Shown: positions 37,410-47,130, counted from the stretch's first letter. The stretch: DNA of 64,000 nt from an uncultured bacterium (GCA_965662845.1 CBFIJD010000015.1:1-64000), one strand, 5' to 3'. Notes: generated by a model from the letters alone, not told the origin. Numbers and translations are program-made.

Positions 37410-38525
37410 ATGCAGCCCATCATTCTCTGTGTAGACGACGAACGAACGATTCTGGACAGCCTGCGCGACCAGATTGGTCACAGCCTCCAGCCGTATTTTC
37501 AGATTGAAATTGCCGAGAGCGGACAAGAAGCCCTTGAGGTGCTGGAAGAACTGAATCAAGAAGGGGAAGTGGTGCTGGCGATCTCGGATTACATCATGCC
37601 ACACATGCGCGGAGATGAGTTTTTGATTCGGCTCGCGGAGCAGTCTCCAAGGACGGTGCAGGTCATGCTGACCGGACAAGCCGACGCAGAAGCCGTGGGA
37701 CGAGCCGTCAATCAAGCGAGCTTATATCGCTATATGTCAAAACCGTGGAATCGTGGCGAGCTGGAGGCGACGGTGCTGGCGGCCGCCGCGATTTACTACC
37801 AGAACAAACGACTGGAAGAAGCAGAAGCGCAAGCGATTCACGCGGCGCGTTTGGCTGGGATCGGAGAGGTGGCGGCGAGTGTTGCCCACGATGTGAAAAA
37901 TCCATTGGGTGTCATTCAGCTGATCATTGAACACCAGTTGCGCATGCCGGAGGTCGATCGCAAGGAGTTAGAGAAGGTTCTCCAGCTAGTCGAGAAGTGC
38001 AACCGCATCTTGCAGCAAATTCTGAAAATGAGCCGCAAGTATGAAGACGAACCCTTCCAAGTGGAGCACTCGCTCAATCAAATTCTCAGTGACTCCTTCC
38101 TCTTGCTCGGCAAGAGCTTGCAGCTGGGAGGAATCACGATCACACGCGAACTCGCCTCAGAGTTGCCCCCGATTCGTTGTCGCGCCGCCCAGCTGGAGCA
38201 AGTGTTTGTGAACCTGCTGAGCAACGCGCGCGACGCAATGGAGCACAGCGCAAACCGAGAACTGACGGTGCGTACCTATCGCGAGAACAGCGCTCTTGTG
38301 GCAGAGGTCGCCGACACCGGCTGTGGTATTCCTGCAGACAAGCTAGACAAGATCTTTGAGTCGTTCTACACCACAAAGTCTTCCGGCAAAGGCACCGGTT
38401 TGGGCATGGCCATCAGCCGGCGCATTGTCGAAGAGCACGGCGGCCAACTCACCGTCGAGAGTCAAATCAACCAAGGAACCTGCTTCCGCGTTCGCCTCCC
38501 GATCTCTCGCATGACCCCCGCATGA
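37410..38525 (+). CDS. Hybrid REC-histidine kinase
   Basis: REC (VDDE, SDYIMP, KPW); HDVKNPL, NLLSNA, DTGCG, GTGLG. Confidence 0.92.
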   Translation: MQPIILCVDDERTILDSLRDQIGHSLQPYFQIEIAESGQEALEVLEELNQEGEVVLAISDYIMPHMRGDEFLIRLAEQSPRTVQVMLTGQADAEAVGRAVNQASLYRYMSKPWNRGELEATVLAAAAIYYQNKRLEEAEAQAIHAARLAGIGEVAASVAHDVKNPLGVIQLIIEHQLRMPEVDRKELEKVLQLVEKCNRILQQILKMSRKYEDEPFQVEHSLNQILSDSFLLLGKSLQLGGITITRELASELPPIRCRAAQLEQVFVNLLSNARDAMEHSANRELTVRTYRENSALVAEVADTGCGIPADKLDKIFESFYTTKSSGKGTGLGMAISRRIVEEHGGQLTVESQINQGTCFRVRLPISRMTPA

Positions 38526-41410
38526 AACTCTTGCGATTGCTCCGACATGCAACCTGTCACCACACCGCGAGCTCCCTCAACTTATGGGTGATCCCGCTGG
38601 TGCTGGCATATTTGATTGTTGTGCAATTGTGGGAAGAAGAACTCAATCGACAGCGCCGCACAGACACATTTCTCATCAAAAGCTACCGCGCCTTGAATCA
38701 ACTGACTGAGGTGCTGCCGACACAAACGGACTGGGACAATAAGAAGCGTGTCGCAGAAGTCATGAAGCTGGTCCTGCTAGACCCTGACTTTGAGTTGATC
38801 GTTGTGCAGCATGCCGATCGGCCCTTGGAATATCACGCGCGCGCGCTGCGAAACGAACGCAGTGTTCAGCGTATTCACGCCAGCCCCAAGCAGTTTGGGC
38901 TGGAGGCCAACACGCTGCGCTGGGCGCTGAATGCACAAGATGTCGTCGTGATTCACATCTATGGCTACACGCACTCGATGACCCAAGGGACCGCCCCTGA
39001 GATTCTCTACGCGCCGTTTTTGCTGCTTCTCATTGGAGTCATTAACTTTCGGGTGGTGCATCTGAGAGTGCGCAAAAGCATGGACTTGTTGCAGGAACAA
39101 CTCGGGCGGCCGATGGAACCCGGAGCAACCCTCCCGTCGATCCTGAGTCGCGACGCCGAGATCAAAGACTTCGCAGAAGATTTTCTGTATCGAAACATTC
39201 GGGTGCAGCGTCAGTTGCGTTACGCCGAAGTCCTCAATCGTGCGGCCTCAGAGCTCTCCAACACCGCCGAACAAACGGAGCTGAGTCAAACCCTCTTTGA
39301 GAGTCTCCGTCGGTTGTTGCCGGTTGAGCGTTGCGCCATCTTTTTGTGGGACGCAGAAACAGAGCGATTACACCTGCGCTCGGTGCATCCGCATCAGGGG
39401 GAGTCGCTGCAAGGGCTGCCCAGTTTTGAGGTTGGTCACTCTCTCATTGGTTTGGTCGCCAAGCAACGCCGCACGCTCTTTATTCCAGACTCTTCCAAAG
39501 ACATCCGCTTTTTGCAGGAGAATCCGCTGAGCAACCCGCCGCGCTCTGTGCTCTTTGTTCCGATGATGGACGAACAAGAGCTGTATGGCGTGATGAGCGT
39601 CGCCGGCCCAGTAGGCGAGCTAGAGTATGCGAAAGAAGACCGCAACTTTGTGCTGGCACTGGCTCGGTTCGCCGTCTCTCGTCTGCGTAATCTTCGGCAG
39701 TTAGAAACGATTGAGGACTACAGTCGCACCCTTGAGCAAAAGGTCATCAAGCGCACCGAGCAGTTGCAGCAGGAGAAGCTGCTCTCAGAAGCGCTGGCGA
39801 TGCGAGAACGAGAGGCGCGCCGTGTCGTTCAGGAGCTGTTGGACAACAGCGGAGAAGGCTTTCTCTCTTTTGATGCCCAGTTCAAAATTTGGCCCGAATA
39901 CTCGCGAGCATGTGAGACGTTCTTGGGGCCGGAATTGGCGGGCAAGGATGCGCTAGAGGCGCTGTTCGGCCACTTGCATGCTCCCGAAACTGACCTCACC
40001 GAAGATGTGCCGGATTTGATGACGTTGCGCCAGATGCTAGATTTGGTCTTTACGGGCGCCGGCAAGCTGAAGCAGTTTCGCGCATTTTTTCCGCGCGAGG
40101 TGCAATATGGCGAGCGCACCGCGACGCTGCATTACTATACGATTCGGCGGCGGCGGCGTACCGAGCGCATTTTGGTCGTGATCCATGACATCACGCGCGA
40201 GAAGCAGCTCCGCAAGCAGATGGATCAAGACGAAGAGCGCACCCAGCTCATTCTCAAGGCGTTCAGTGAACGAGAGCTGTTTTTTGAGTTTGTGAAGGAA
40301 CAAAACCGGCTCTTCACCTCCATCCAAAAACTCTTGCAGCCGCCCTTAGAACAAAAGCAAGTCCACAGCCTGATCATCCAATTTCATACGATCAAAGGAA
40401 ACTCGTCGTATTACGGCATGCGGCGGGTGAGCGAGCAAGCGCACCAAACGGAGACGTTCTTGGAAGAACAGATCGCGCAAGTCGATCGCTTGGGAGACGC
40501 TGCGGTTCATGAAGTGCGCAAACGCCTGAAGCAGATTCAGCAAGACTATCAGGCGTATTTAGACGAGCTGCAGAAGCTCATGCCAGAAGATTCTACGGAT
40601 GAATCGCAGCGCCAGATTCGGTTGCACGAGTCAGTGGTGGAGCGCTGGCACGAAGGACTCGCCTATGTGCTCATCGACAAGCCGTTTGAGATGATGCAAG
40701 CCGAAGTCGGCACTCAAGAAGAGATGTCGGAATGGCGGACCGCGTTGCGTCAAATGCAGCAATACCACCATGACTTGTTGCAGCAGGCAGTGGAGTTTTT
40801 GGTGCTGCAACCGATTGAGCCCTACTTCCGCAAGTTTGAAAACATCGCGCGGACAGTCGCCAAAAAATTGGGGAAAGAAGTCCAAGTCGAAGTTCGTGGC
40901 AGCGAGACTCGCATTCCCTACGCCCGTTGGTCCTCGGTTCTTGGAGCGCTGGTGCACGTGGTCAACAACTTGGTCGACCATGGCATCGAAGAAGCGACCG
41001 TCCGAGAACGCTATGGCAAGCGCCCAGAGGGGAGCTTACGTTTTGGTGCCGAACAAGTGTATGGCGCCGTCGCGCTCCAGTTTGCCGATGACGGACGCGG
41101 CATTGATCCCAACCGCATCGGACAACTCGCGCTAGAGCGTGGCATCATCGAAGAGCCGTTTCTCCGCAACGCGACCGAGCAAGAGATTGTGGAGTTGATC
41201 TTCCTGCCCGGTTTCTCTTCTCGCAAAGACGAGGTCTCGGAGACGTCTGGTCGAGGGGTTGGTTTGGAGGCTGTCCGCCAGGCCGTGTTGGCTCTCAACG
41301 GCACGATTCACATCCATAGCGAGGTTGGTAGCGGGACGCGCTTTGAGATGAAAATTCCGGTCGCAAATCAGTTTGCTCGCCGAATTGAAGAAGCACGACG
41401 ATCTCACTAG
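38522..41410 (+). CDS. Membrane CheA-like kinase (TM, GAF, PAS-like, Hpt, HATPase) with no CheW domain
   Basis: GAF (LIGLVAKQRRTL.IPD...D.RF, RSVLFVPM); Hpt FHTIKGNS; HVVNNLVDHGIE, DDGRGID, IFLPGFSS, SGRGVGL. Confidence 0.88.
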   Translation: MKLLRLLRHATCHHTASSLNLWVIPLVLAYLIVVQLWEEELNRQRRTDTFLIKSYRALNQLTEVLPTQTDWDNKKRVAEVMKLVLLDPDFELIVVQHADRPLEYHARALRNERSVQRIHASPKQFGLEANTLRWALNAQDVVVIHIYGYTHSMTQGTAPEILYAPFLLLLIGVINFRVVHLRVRKSMDLLQEQLGRPMEPGATLPSILSRDAEIKDFAEDFLYRNIRVQRQLRYAEVLNRAASELSNTAEQTELSQTLFESLRRLLPVERCAIFLWDAETERLHLRSVHPHQGESLQGLPSFEVGHSLIGLVAKQRRTLFIPDSSKDIRFLQENPLSNPPRSVLFVPMMDEQELYGVMSVAGPVGELEYAKEDRNFVLALARFAVSRLRNLRQLETIEDYSRTLEQKVIKRTEQLQQEKLLSEALAMREREARRVVQELLDNSGEGFLSFDAQFKIWPEYSRACETFLGPELAGKDALEALFGHLHAPETDLTEDVPDLMTLRQMLDLVFTGAGKLKQFRAFFPREVQYGERTATLHYYTIRRRRRTERILVVIHDITREKQLRKQMDQDEERTQLILKAFSERELFFEFVKEQNRLFTSIQKLLQPPLEQKQVHSLIIQFHTIKGNSSYYGMRRVSEQAHQTETFLEEQIAQVDRLGDAAVHEVRKRLKQIQQDYQAYLDELQKLMPEDSTDESQRQIRLHESVVERWHEGLAYVLIDKPFEMMQAEVGTQEEMSEWRTALRQMQQYHHDLLQQAVEFLVLQPIEPYFRKFENIARTVAKKLGKEVQVEVRGSETRIPYARWSSVLGALVHVVNNLVDHGIEEATVRERYGKRPEGSLRFGAEQVYGAVALQFADDGRGIDPNRIGQLALERGIIEEPFLRNATEQEIVELIFLPGFSSRKDEVSETSGRGVGLEAVRQAVLALNGTIHIHSEVGSGTRFEMKIPVANQFARRIEEARRSH

Positions 41411-41499
41411 CTTGGCTTCTCGTCGGCCCGCCTTGCATTGCCTAAGCGCTGCTCTTGCGATAGTTTGTCTTCTTTTTTCCCTTTCATTGTGGGTGATTC

Positions 41500-42780
41500 A
41501 TGAGCGCATTTTATGCAGTGTCAGAGCTGGCAGTCCTGAGCGAGCGCGGCATTCAAGTTTTGCAGCCGGAGTTGACGTCCATTCGTCGGGATGTCGACCT
41601 CAACCGCATCGCGAGTGGTGTCGTGATGCATCCCTTCACCCGGATCAGCGGGTCTGAAACCGCGATTGGCGCCAACGCTGAGCTGGGTTTGCATGGCCCT
41701 GTGACCCTTGAAAACAGCGTCGTTGGGCCTGACTCTGTGATTGGTGCGCAGGGCCCTGTGAGTTTGTGCGACACGTGGACGGGGCCGCGCACTGTGCTGG
41801 GGATGGGTACGGCAGAACAAGCGGTCTTTTTGGGACGAGAGCACGGCGCCGCGCCGCCGACTGCGGGGGTTGGGTTTCGGGTGCGCAAAGGGAGCCTTTA
41901 TGAAGAAGGCGCGTGCTCGGCGCAGCACACCGACACCAAGATGACGATCTTGTTGCCGTGGGCGACTCTGGGCAGCAATCTCAACTTCTGTGACGTGCTC
42001 CTGGCAGGAGGAATCGGCGATCAACCGGGACAGTTCAGTGAAGTGGGCAGCGGGACGATTCACTTCAACTTCACGATTCGTGGCGACAAAGCTACGGCGT
42101 CCTTGCTAGGGGACGTGGTGCAGGGGGTCTTTCTGCGGTCTGATCGACTCTTTATCGGAGGGAACAACAGTCTACTCGGGCCGTTGCAAGGTGAGTATGG
42201 TGCGTTTTCAGCAGCAGGCGCTCGGTTGGGAGGCAGCATGAGCCGGGGCTTGAATTTGGGGCAGCCGATGCCGTCGGGGCATGTCGCGTATGACGCGCGG
42301 TCGTTTCCTCAGCTGCGTCGAGTGGTGCATGCGCAGTTGCGTTTTTTGGGCGAACTCACCGCGTTGTTTCACTGGTATGGTCAAGTGCGCATCCCGCTGC
42401 TGGCATACGACGAGTCGCGTAGCGCTCTTTACAAGCAAGCCCAAGAGCTGGTGCGTCGGAATATCCAAGAGCGCATTGCGCAACTCGACGTGTTGACTCA
42501 GCTGGTGAGAGGAGGCGAGGTGCAAAGTCGCGAGGCGCTCTCGGAGGCATTGCTTGCATATCAGCGCAACTGGCTGGAACATTGGCCGGCGTTGCAAGCC
42601 CATCTGCAAAGCTTTGCGGACGAGGCACCCGAAGTCCCCGAAGTCTTAGCGCGCGAGCTGAGCACCGCGAGCGGCAACTACACCGCAGTGATTCAGTCTC
42701 TCTCTGATGCAGCCGTCCAAGCGGGAACCGACTGGCTGGAGCGCATTGCACAAGAAATTCGTGAAGGAGAACAAGCATGA
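41500..42780 (+). CDS. GlmU-related left-handed beta-helix (acetyltransferase-like) protein
   Basis: Hexapeptide-like repeats; TLGSNLNFCD.LLAGG, SEVGSG.IHFNFT..GDKAT; no GxGxR pyrophosphorylase motif. Confidence 0.65.
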   Translation: MSAFYAVSELAVLSERGIQVLQPELTSIRRDVDLNRIASGVVMHPFTRISGSETAIGANAELGLHGPVTLENSVVGPDSVIGAQGPVSLCDTWTGPRTVLGMGTAEQAVFLGREHGAAPPTAGVGFRVRKGSLYEEGACSAQHTDTKMTILLPWATLGSNLNFCDVLLAGGIGDQPGQFSEVGSGTIHFNFTIRGDKATASLLGDVVQGVFLRSDRLFIGGNNSLLGPLQGEYGAFSAAGARLGGSMSRGLNLGQPMPSGHVAYDARSFPQLRRVVHAQLRFLGELTALFHWYGQVRIPLLAYDESRSALYKQAQELVRRNIQERIAQLDVLTQLVRGGEVQSREALSEALLAYQRNWLEHWPALQAHLQSFADEAPEVPEVLARELSTASGNYTAVIQSLSDAAVQAGTDWLERIAQEIREGEQA

Positions 42781-43199
42781 CCCACGCAGTGAGCAAATGG
42801 ATGTTGATCGTTGGTGCCGTGTTTGGCGTCATCGGCGTCCTCTCGGGGTCGATGGGCGCGCACATGCTCAAAGCCCAACTAGAGGCCACGAAAGGAGCCG
42901 CGAACTTTGACTTGGCCTCTACGTACCTTTTTTATCACGCGGGCGCGTTGATCTTGACAGCGCTCTTGATGGAGCGCTTCAGCCGCAGAGGGTTTCAGAT
43001 CGCCGGCGGTTTGTTTGTGTTTGGCAGCCTGTTGTTTGGTGGGAGTCTCTTCATTTATAGCCTCACAGCAGACCGCTCGGTGACGATGTTTGCGCCGATT
43101 GGTGGCAGCAGTTTGATTTTAGGTTGGATTACTTTGGTCGTCACCTGTGTGCGCTTGCCGGTTGGAAAGCCCGCAAAGACTGCGGAGCCGAGTTCGTAA
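42777..43199 (+). CDS. DUF423 (YgdD/TMEM256) membrane protein
   Basis: GSMGAHML, YLFYHA, LFGGSLF, APIGG...ILGW. Confidence 0.88.
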   Translation: MTHAVSKWMLIVGAVFGVIGVLSGSMGAHMLKAQLEATKGAANFDLASTYLFYHAGALILTALLMERFSRRGFQIAGGLFVFGSLLFGGSLFIYSLTADRSVTMFAPIGGSSLILGWITLVVTCVRLPVGKPAKTAEPSS

Positions 43200-43262
43200 G
43201 CACGCCTTTTCGCTGAGCAGCCCGTGGCACACATTCTCTAGCACCCCACTTCTGATCGCAGA

Positions 43263-45605
43263 ATGTTGAGAATTTTTTGCAGCGTCTTCTTTGGATGGCT
43301 GTTCGTGGTTCCTGCTGCAGCAATCGAATTGCAGTGGAAGACGTCGGAGCCCGTGCGGCTCACCGTGAAAGACGGGGCCTCGTTGCCAGAAATCCTTCGC
43401 GGCCTCTTACAAGAGCACGCCGTCGCCGCTGAAAAAGTCCGCTTGGCTCCCAATCTCTCCCAAGACATCGCCGCTGTAGAGCGAGAGGCTTCTTCAGCAG
43501 AAGCGCTCTTTCAGTTCTTGCTTCGCGAGCATCAGCTGACGCTCTTAGCGGCGGAAGATCATTGGGAAGTGGTCGCGGATCGTGAGGTGTGGCGACGGCG
43601 CCCTTACCAACGCTGGGTGGAGAGTCCGTTGGCGTTGCAAGAGGTTCTGCAAGAGCTTTCCCAGTGGGGCAAGATCCCGTTGCAATGGGCTCCAGATGCG
43701 CCAATCCGCCTCCAACTAGTGGAGTCCTTGCAGTTTGATTCGGTGGAGCAGGCGTTCCAGAACTTAGCCGCGCAAGCTGGGGCCCGGGTGGTGTATGATG
43801 CCGAGCGCCATCAGTTGCGTTGGGAACGCGCGGTACCAGAGATCACACAGTCGCTGACATTTCAAAACGCGACCGCCGCTGCGATTGCGCAATTTCTCCC
43901 TGAGGTGCCGAACGAGGTTACGGCTGCGGTTACATTGAGTTTCCCAGCGCAACGCATTGCGGTGTTGCAGGGCCCCGTCGACGCGGTGGAGCAGCTGCAG
44001 ACGCTGTTGCGCCAGTTTGACGCGACGTGGGAACCGCCACAGGCACCGCCTGCCGAAGCGCTCCCGCAAGTGGAGACGCAGGTGGTTCGCTTGCAGCACT
44101 TGCCGCGAGAGCTGGCCGCGCAGCTTGTGGAGACCACCCAACGTGAGTTGCCTGAGACGCAAGCCGTCCAAGTTCGCTATGTGGGAGAGCAACTGGTGCT
44201 CCAGGGGCAAGCCGAAGCCGTCGCTTTGCTGGAAACGCTGCTGGTGCAAGCCGATGTGGCCCCCGTCCATCAGGAGGAAGAAGGGCCACAAGCTCTGATG
44301 CCGCCGCAATCAGAATCGAGTCTCAAGCCAGCGAGGGTCATTTCGGTGGTGTTGGATGCGTTGCCAGACACACAAATCGCTGCCCAGCTAGAGCAGCTGG
44401 AGAGAGGTGGCGTTCGTTTGGATAACGTGAGCGTCTCTTGGAACCGAGGGACGCGCCCAGCCGTTTTGTGGTTGCAAGGCCGCGCAGACGAGGTAGAGCT
44501 TGTGCGTGAGACGTTCACCCAGTTAGAGAGCCGCTGGTTGCAGCAGCAGCTCTCGCAACGCACGACACCAAGAACCACAATGATGGAGCGCTTTCGGTTG
44601 CGTCACCTGCAAGTGGGAGAGCAGCGTTTTGTGTCGGCGGGGCAAGACGTCACGCTACCAGGCGCCGAGCAGCAGCTGCGAGAGTACTTTCTACAGAACG
44701 CGGCTGGGGTTCCCGATGAAGACCTGCCACACATACTGCCAGATCCCCGCAATAATGCGCTGCTGGTGCAAGCGTCGGCAAAACAGCTGCGGCAGATTCA
44801 AGCGTTGTTGGATGTGTGGGATCAGCCCAGTCCACTGATTCGCATTGAGGCGCACATTTTTGAGACCACAGAAGAGTCTTCGCGGGAATTGGGCATGCGC
44901 TGGCGGGCCCGTAGTCTGTCGACAGCGGGTGTGGTGTCGGCAGAGGTCCCAGACTTTAGTGTCGGGCTTGTGGGGGGCCCCCAAGAGACGACCTATGCTT
45001 TGCGCATTGATGCGGTCTTGCGCTTATTGCAAGAGCGGGGGCAAGGGAGAGTGCTATCGCGCCCTGTGGTGGTCACTATGAACAACATGGAAGCCGAGAT
45101 GAACAGCGGCTCCATCCTGAATGTGCGTTTGATCAACGACACGACGACGCAGTTGCGCGAACTGCAAACAGGTGTCACGCTACGGGTCACCCCCCGTTGG
45201 ATTCCTTCCCAAACGAAGCAAGAGGCAGAAGGGTTGATTCGCCTAAGGATTTTCGCAGAGACGAGCACGCCCCTCAGCGAAGACGCGATTGATGGCATCC
45301 CGACTCTGAACACGCAACGCGCACAGAGCCATGTGGATGTGCCGAATGGCCAGCCGTTTTTGTTAGGGGGCATGATTCGGCAGCGAGACGGAGAGAGTCG
45401 GGCTGGGATTCCATGGTTGCAGGAGCTGCCGCTCTTGGGGTATCTCTTCTCATCATCTAATGTCGAACAGCGTTTTGACCATGTGCTTGTCTTTGTGACG
45501 CCAACGCGCATCACTCCAGATTTGGCCACTCAGCCGCCTGCGCTGCAAGATTTGTCATCTGAGAACGCCACGAATTTGTTGAACACACCTGCGGGTTCGC
45601 CATGA
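43263..45605 (+). CDS. Secretin (SctC/GspD/PilQ superfamily)
   Basis: Signal peptide, N domains, DPRNNALLV, IRIEAHI, LSRP.VVT.NN.EA, GVTLRVTP, LLGG, IPWL..LPLLGYLF, VFVTP. Confidence 0.9.
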   Translation: MLRIFCSVFFGWLFVVPAAAIELQWKTSEPVRLTVKDGASLPEILRGLLQEHAVAAEKVRLAPNLSQDIAAVEREASSAEALFQFLLREHQLTLLAAEDHWEVVADREVWRRRPYQRWVESPLALQEVLQELSQWGKIPLQWAPDAPIRLQLVESLQFDSVEQAFQNLAAQAGARVVYDAERHQLRWERAVPEITQSLTFQNATAAAIAQFLPEVPNEVTAAVTLSFPAQRIAVLQGPVDAVEQLQTLLRQFDATWEPPQAPPAEALPQVETQVVRLQHLPRELAAQLVETTQRELPETQAVQVRYVGEQLVLQGQAEAVALLETLLVQADVAPVHQEEEGPQALMPPQSESSLKPARVISVVLDALPDTQIAAQLEQLERGGVRLDNVSVSWNRGTRPAVLWLQGRADEVELVRETFTQLESRWLQQQLSQRTTPRTTMMERFRLRHLQVGEQRFVSAGQDVTLPGAEQQLREYFLQNAAGVPDEDLPHILPDPRNNALLVQASAKQLRQIQALLDVWDQPSPLIRIEAHIFETTEESSRELGMRWRARSLSTAGVVSAEVPDFSVGLVGGPQETTYALRIDAVLRLLQERGQGRVLSRPVVVTMNNMEAEMNSGSILNVRLINDTTTQLRELQTGVTLRVTPRWIPSQTKQEAEGLIRLRIFAETSTPLSEDAIDGIPTLNTQRAQSHVDVPNGQPFLLGGMIRQRDGESRAGIPWLQELPLLGYLFSSSNVEQRFDHVLVFVTPTRITPDLATQPPALQDLSSENATNLLNTPAGSP

Positions 45606-46003
45606 CCAAACATTTCAATCAAGCCAATTATCTCGAACGCAAACGCCGCGAACGCTTTTGGTCGTGGGCCGCAATGCTCTTCGGTGGATTCATCTTGCTC
45701 GATAGCGGAGCCCCGATTCCCATCCCTTTGGTGGGCTTGCCTTCCATGTTGTTGGGTGGCGCTTTGCTGGGGTTTGGTTATTACCAATATGGCAACTATC
45801 GCAAATTACCGCTGCATGAAGCCGTCGCGATCGCGCGTGATCAGAAGGGAGAACTCAGCCGAACAGACCTGTTCCTGCACCTGCGTTTGACGGCAGAACA
45901 AACCGATGAACTGATCCATTTGCTCATCCGCGCTGGCTTTCTGGAACCTGTTGACTCTGAACTCCCCGCCGAACAGGAAGCTCGCTATCGCCTCTTGAAG
46001 TAG
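45602..46003 (+). CDS. Hypothetical two-TM protein with a possible C-terminal winged helix
   Basis: ATGA overlap with the secretin stop; two hydrophobic segments; GELSRTDL..L.LT....ELI..L...GFL. Confidence 0.65.
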   Translation: MTKHFNQANYLERKRRERFWSWAAMLFGGFILLDSGAPIPIPLVGLPSMLLGGALLGFGYYQYGNYRKLPLHEAVAIARDQKGELSRTDLFLHLRLTAEQTDELIHLLIRAGFLEPVDSELPAEQEARYRLLK

Positions 46004-46006
46004 CCC

Positions 46007-47095
46007 GTGAATCTCTCGCATCTGACGCCCCCGTGGACGTGGAAATCTGCGCTGTGGCGCAGCCCGCTCTGGGCCCTCGCTTTCGTCTATGAAGCGCTGT
46101 TGCTGCTGCGCTTGTTCCTCTACCAACGCAAGATTTTGCCAACCCATCGTCCAGCAGCGCCTGTGATTGCCGTGGGGAACCTGACCGTCGGTGGAACCGG
46201 CAAGACGCCGGTCATCGAGCTGTTGGCGCGCACGCTTCAGGCAGAGCAACGCAAGGTTGTCATCTTGAGTCGTGGATATGGCCGGCGCTCTTTGGCGACC
46301 TTTCAGCGGTTTCAGGCGGCAACAGCGCCGTTTCCGCTTTCGCCCAAGTGTCTGGGAGACGAACCATTTTGGCTCGCGCAGCGTAATCCAGAAATCCCGA
46401 TCTATGTGGGCGGTTCGCGTACGAAGACCGCGCGTTGGGCTCAAGCGCGAGATCAGCCGGATGTGCTCTTGCTAGACGACGCGTTTCAACACGTCGCGGT
46501 TGCGCGAGACTTGAATCTGCTGCTGATTGACGCAGAGCGTGGCTTAGGAAACCGCCAGGTCTTGCCGTTGGGCGAGCTGCGAGAGCCCGAACATCATTGG
46601 AAGCGTGCTGACGCCATCTTGCTGACCAAGGCGAACTTAGGATTCGCCGAAGGCTGGACGCATCGTCTGCGCAAAGAACTCGACGTGAACATTCCAATCT
46701 TTCGTTGTGACTATTCGCCCGCGCGTTTGCGACGCTTAGATGGGCAAGCCACGATGGAATGCGCTGCGTTGCGATCAAAATCGGTGTTTGCTAGCTGCGG
46801 TATCGCACAGCCAGACGGGTTTGCGCGCGTCGTGGAGCCGCTGTGCGGCGCATGGAAGGAGCTCTCCGCGTGGCCAGACCATCAGGCTTACACCGCGGAG
46901 GATGTGCAGCGTCTGTTGTGGCTCTTTCGCAAAAGTCGTGCGCAGATCTGGCTGACGACCGAGAAAGATGCCGTCAAACTCGCCGCCTTTTCTGAATTAC
47001 AAGAGCAAGTCTGGGCCGTGGAAATGGAGGTGCGTCCGGAGCCCGCTTGGCAAGAATTCCTAATTGATTTTCTGAGAAAATATCCCGTACAGTAG
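46007..47095 (+). CDS. lpxK: Tetraacyldisaccharide 4'-kinase
   Basis: VGNLTVGGTGKTP, LSRGYG, GDEP, LDDAFQH, LPLGELRE, TTEKDAVK. Confidence 0.96.
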   Translation: MNLSHLTPPWTWKSALWRSPLWALAFVYEALLLLRLFLYQRKILPTHRPAAPVIAVGNLTVGGTGKTPVIELLARTLQAEQRKVVILSRGYGRRSLATFQRFQAATAPFPLSPKCLGDEPFWLAQRNPEIPIYVGGSRTKTARWAQARDQPDVLLLDDAFQHVAVARDLNLLLIDAERGLGNRQVLPLGELREPEHHWKRADAILLTKANLGFAEGWTHRLRKELDVNIPIFRCDYSPARLRRLDGQATMECAALRSKSVFASCGIAQPDGFARVVEPLCGAWKELSAWPDHQAYTAEDVQRLLWLFRKSRAQIWLTTEKDAVKLAAFSELQEQVWAVEMEVRPEPAWQEFLIDFLRKYPVQ

Positions 47096-47130
47096 AGAAT
47101 TTTTCACGAGTTTCTGACAAGGAGATGCGT

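Noticed and set aside
38522..41410. Annotation as canonical cheA of a chemotaxis operon
   Set aside because: It has no CheW/P5 domain and no cheW, cheR or cheB nearby.
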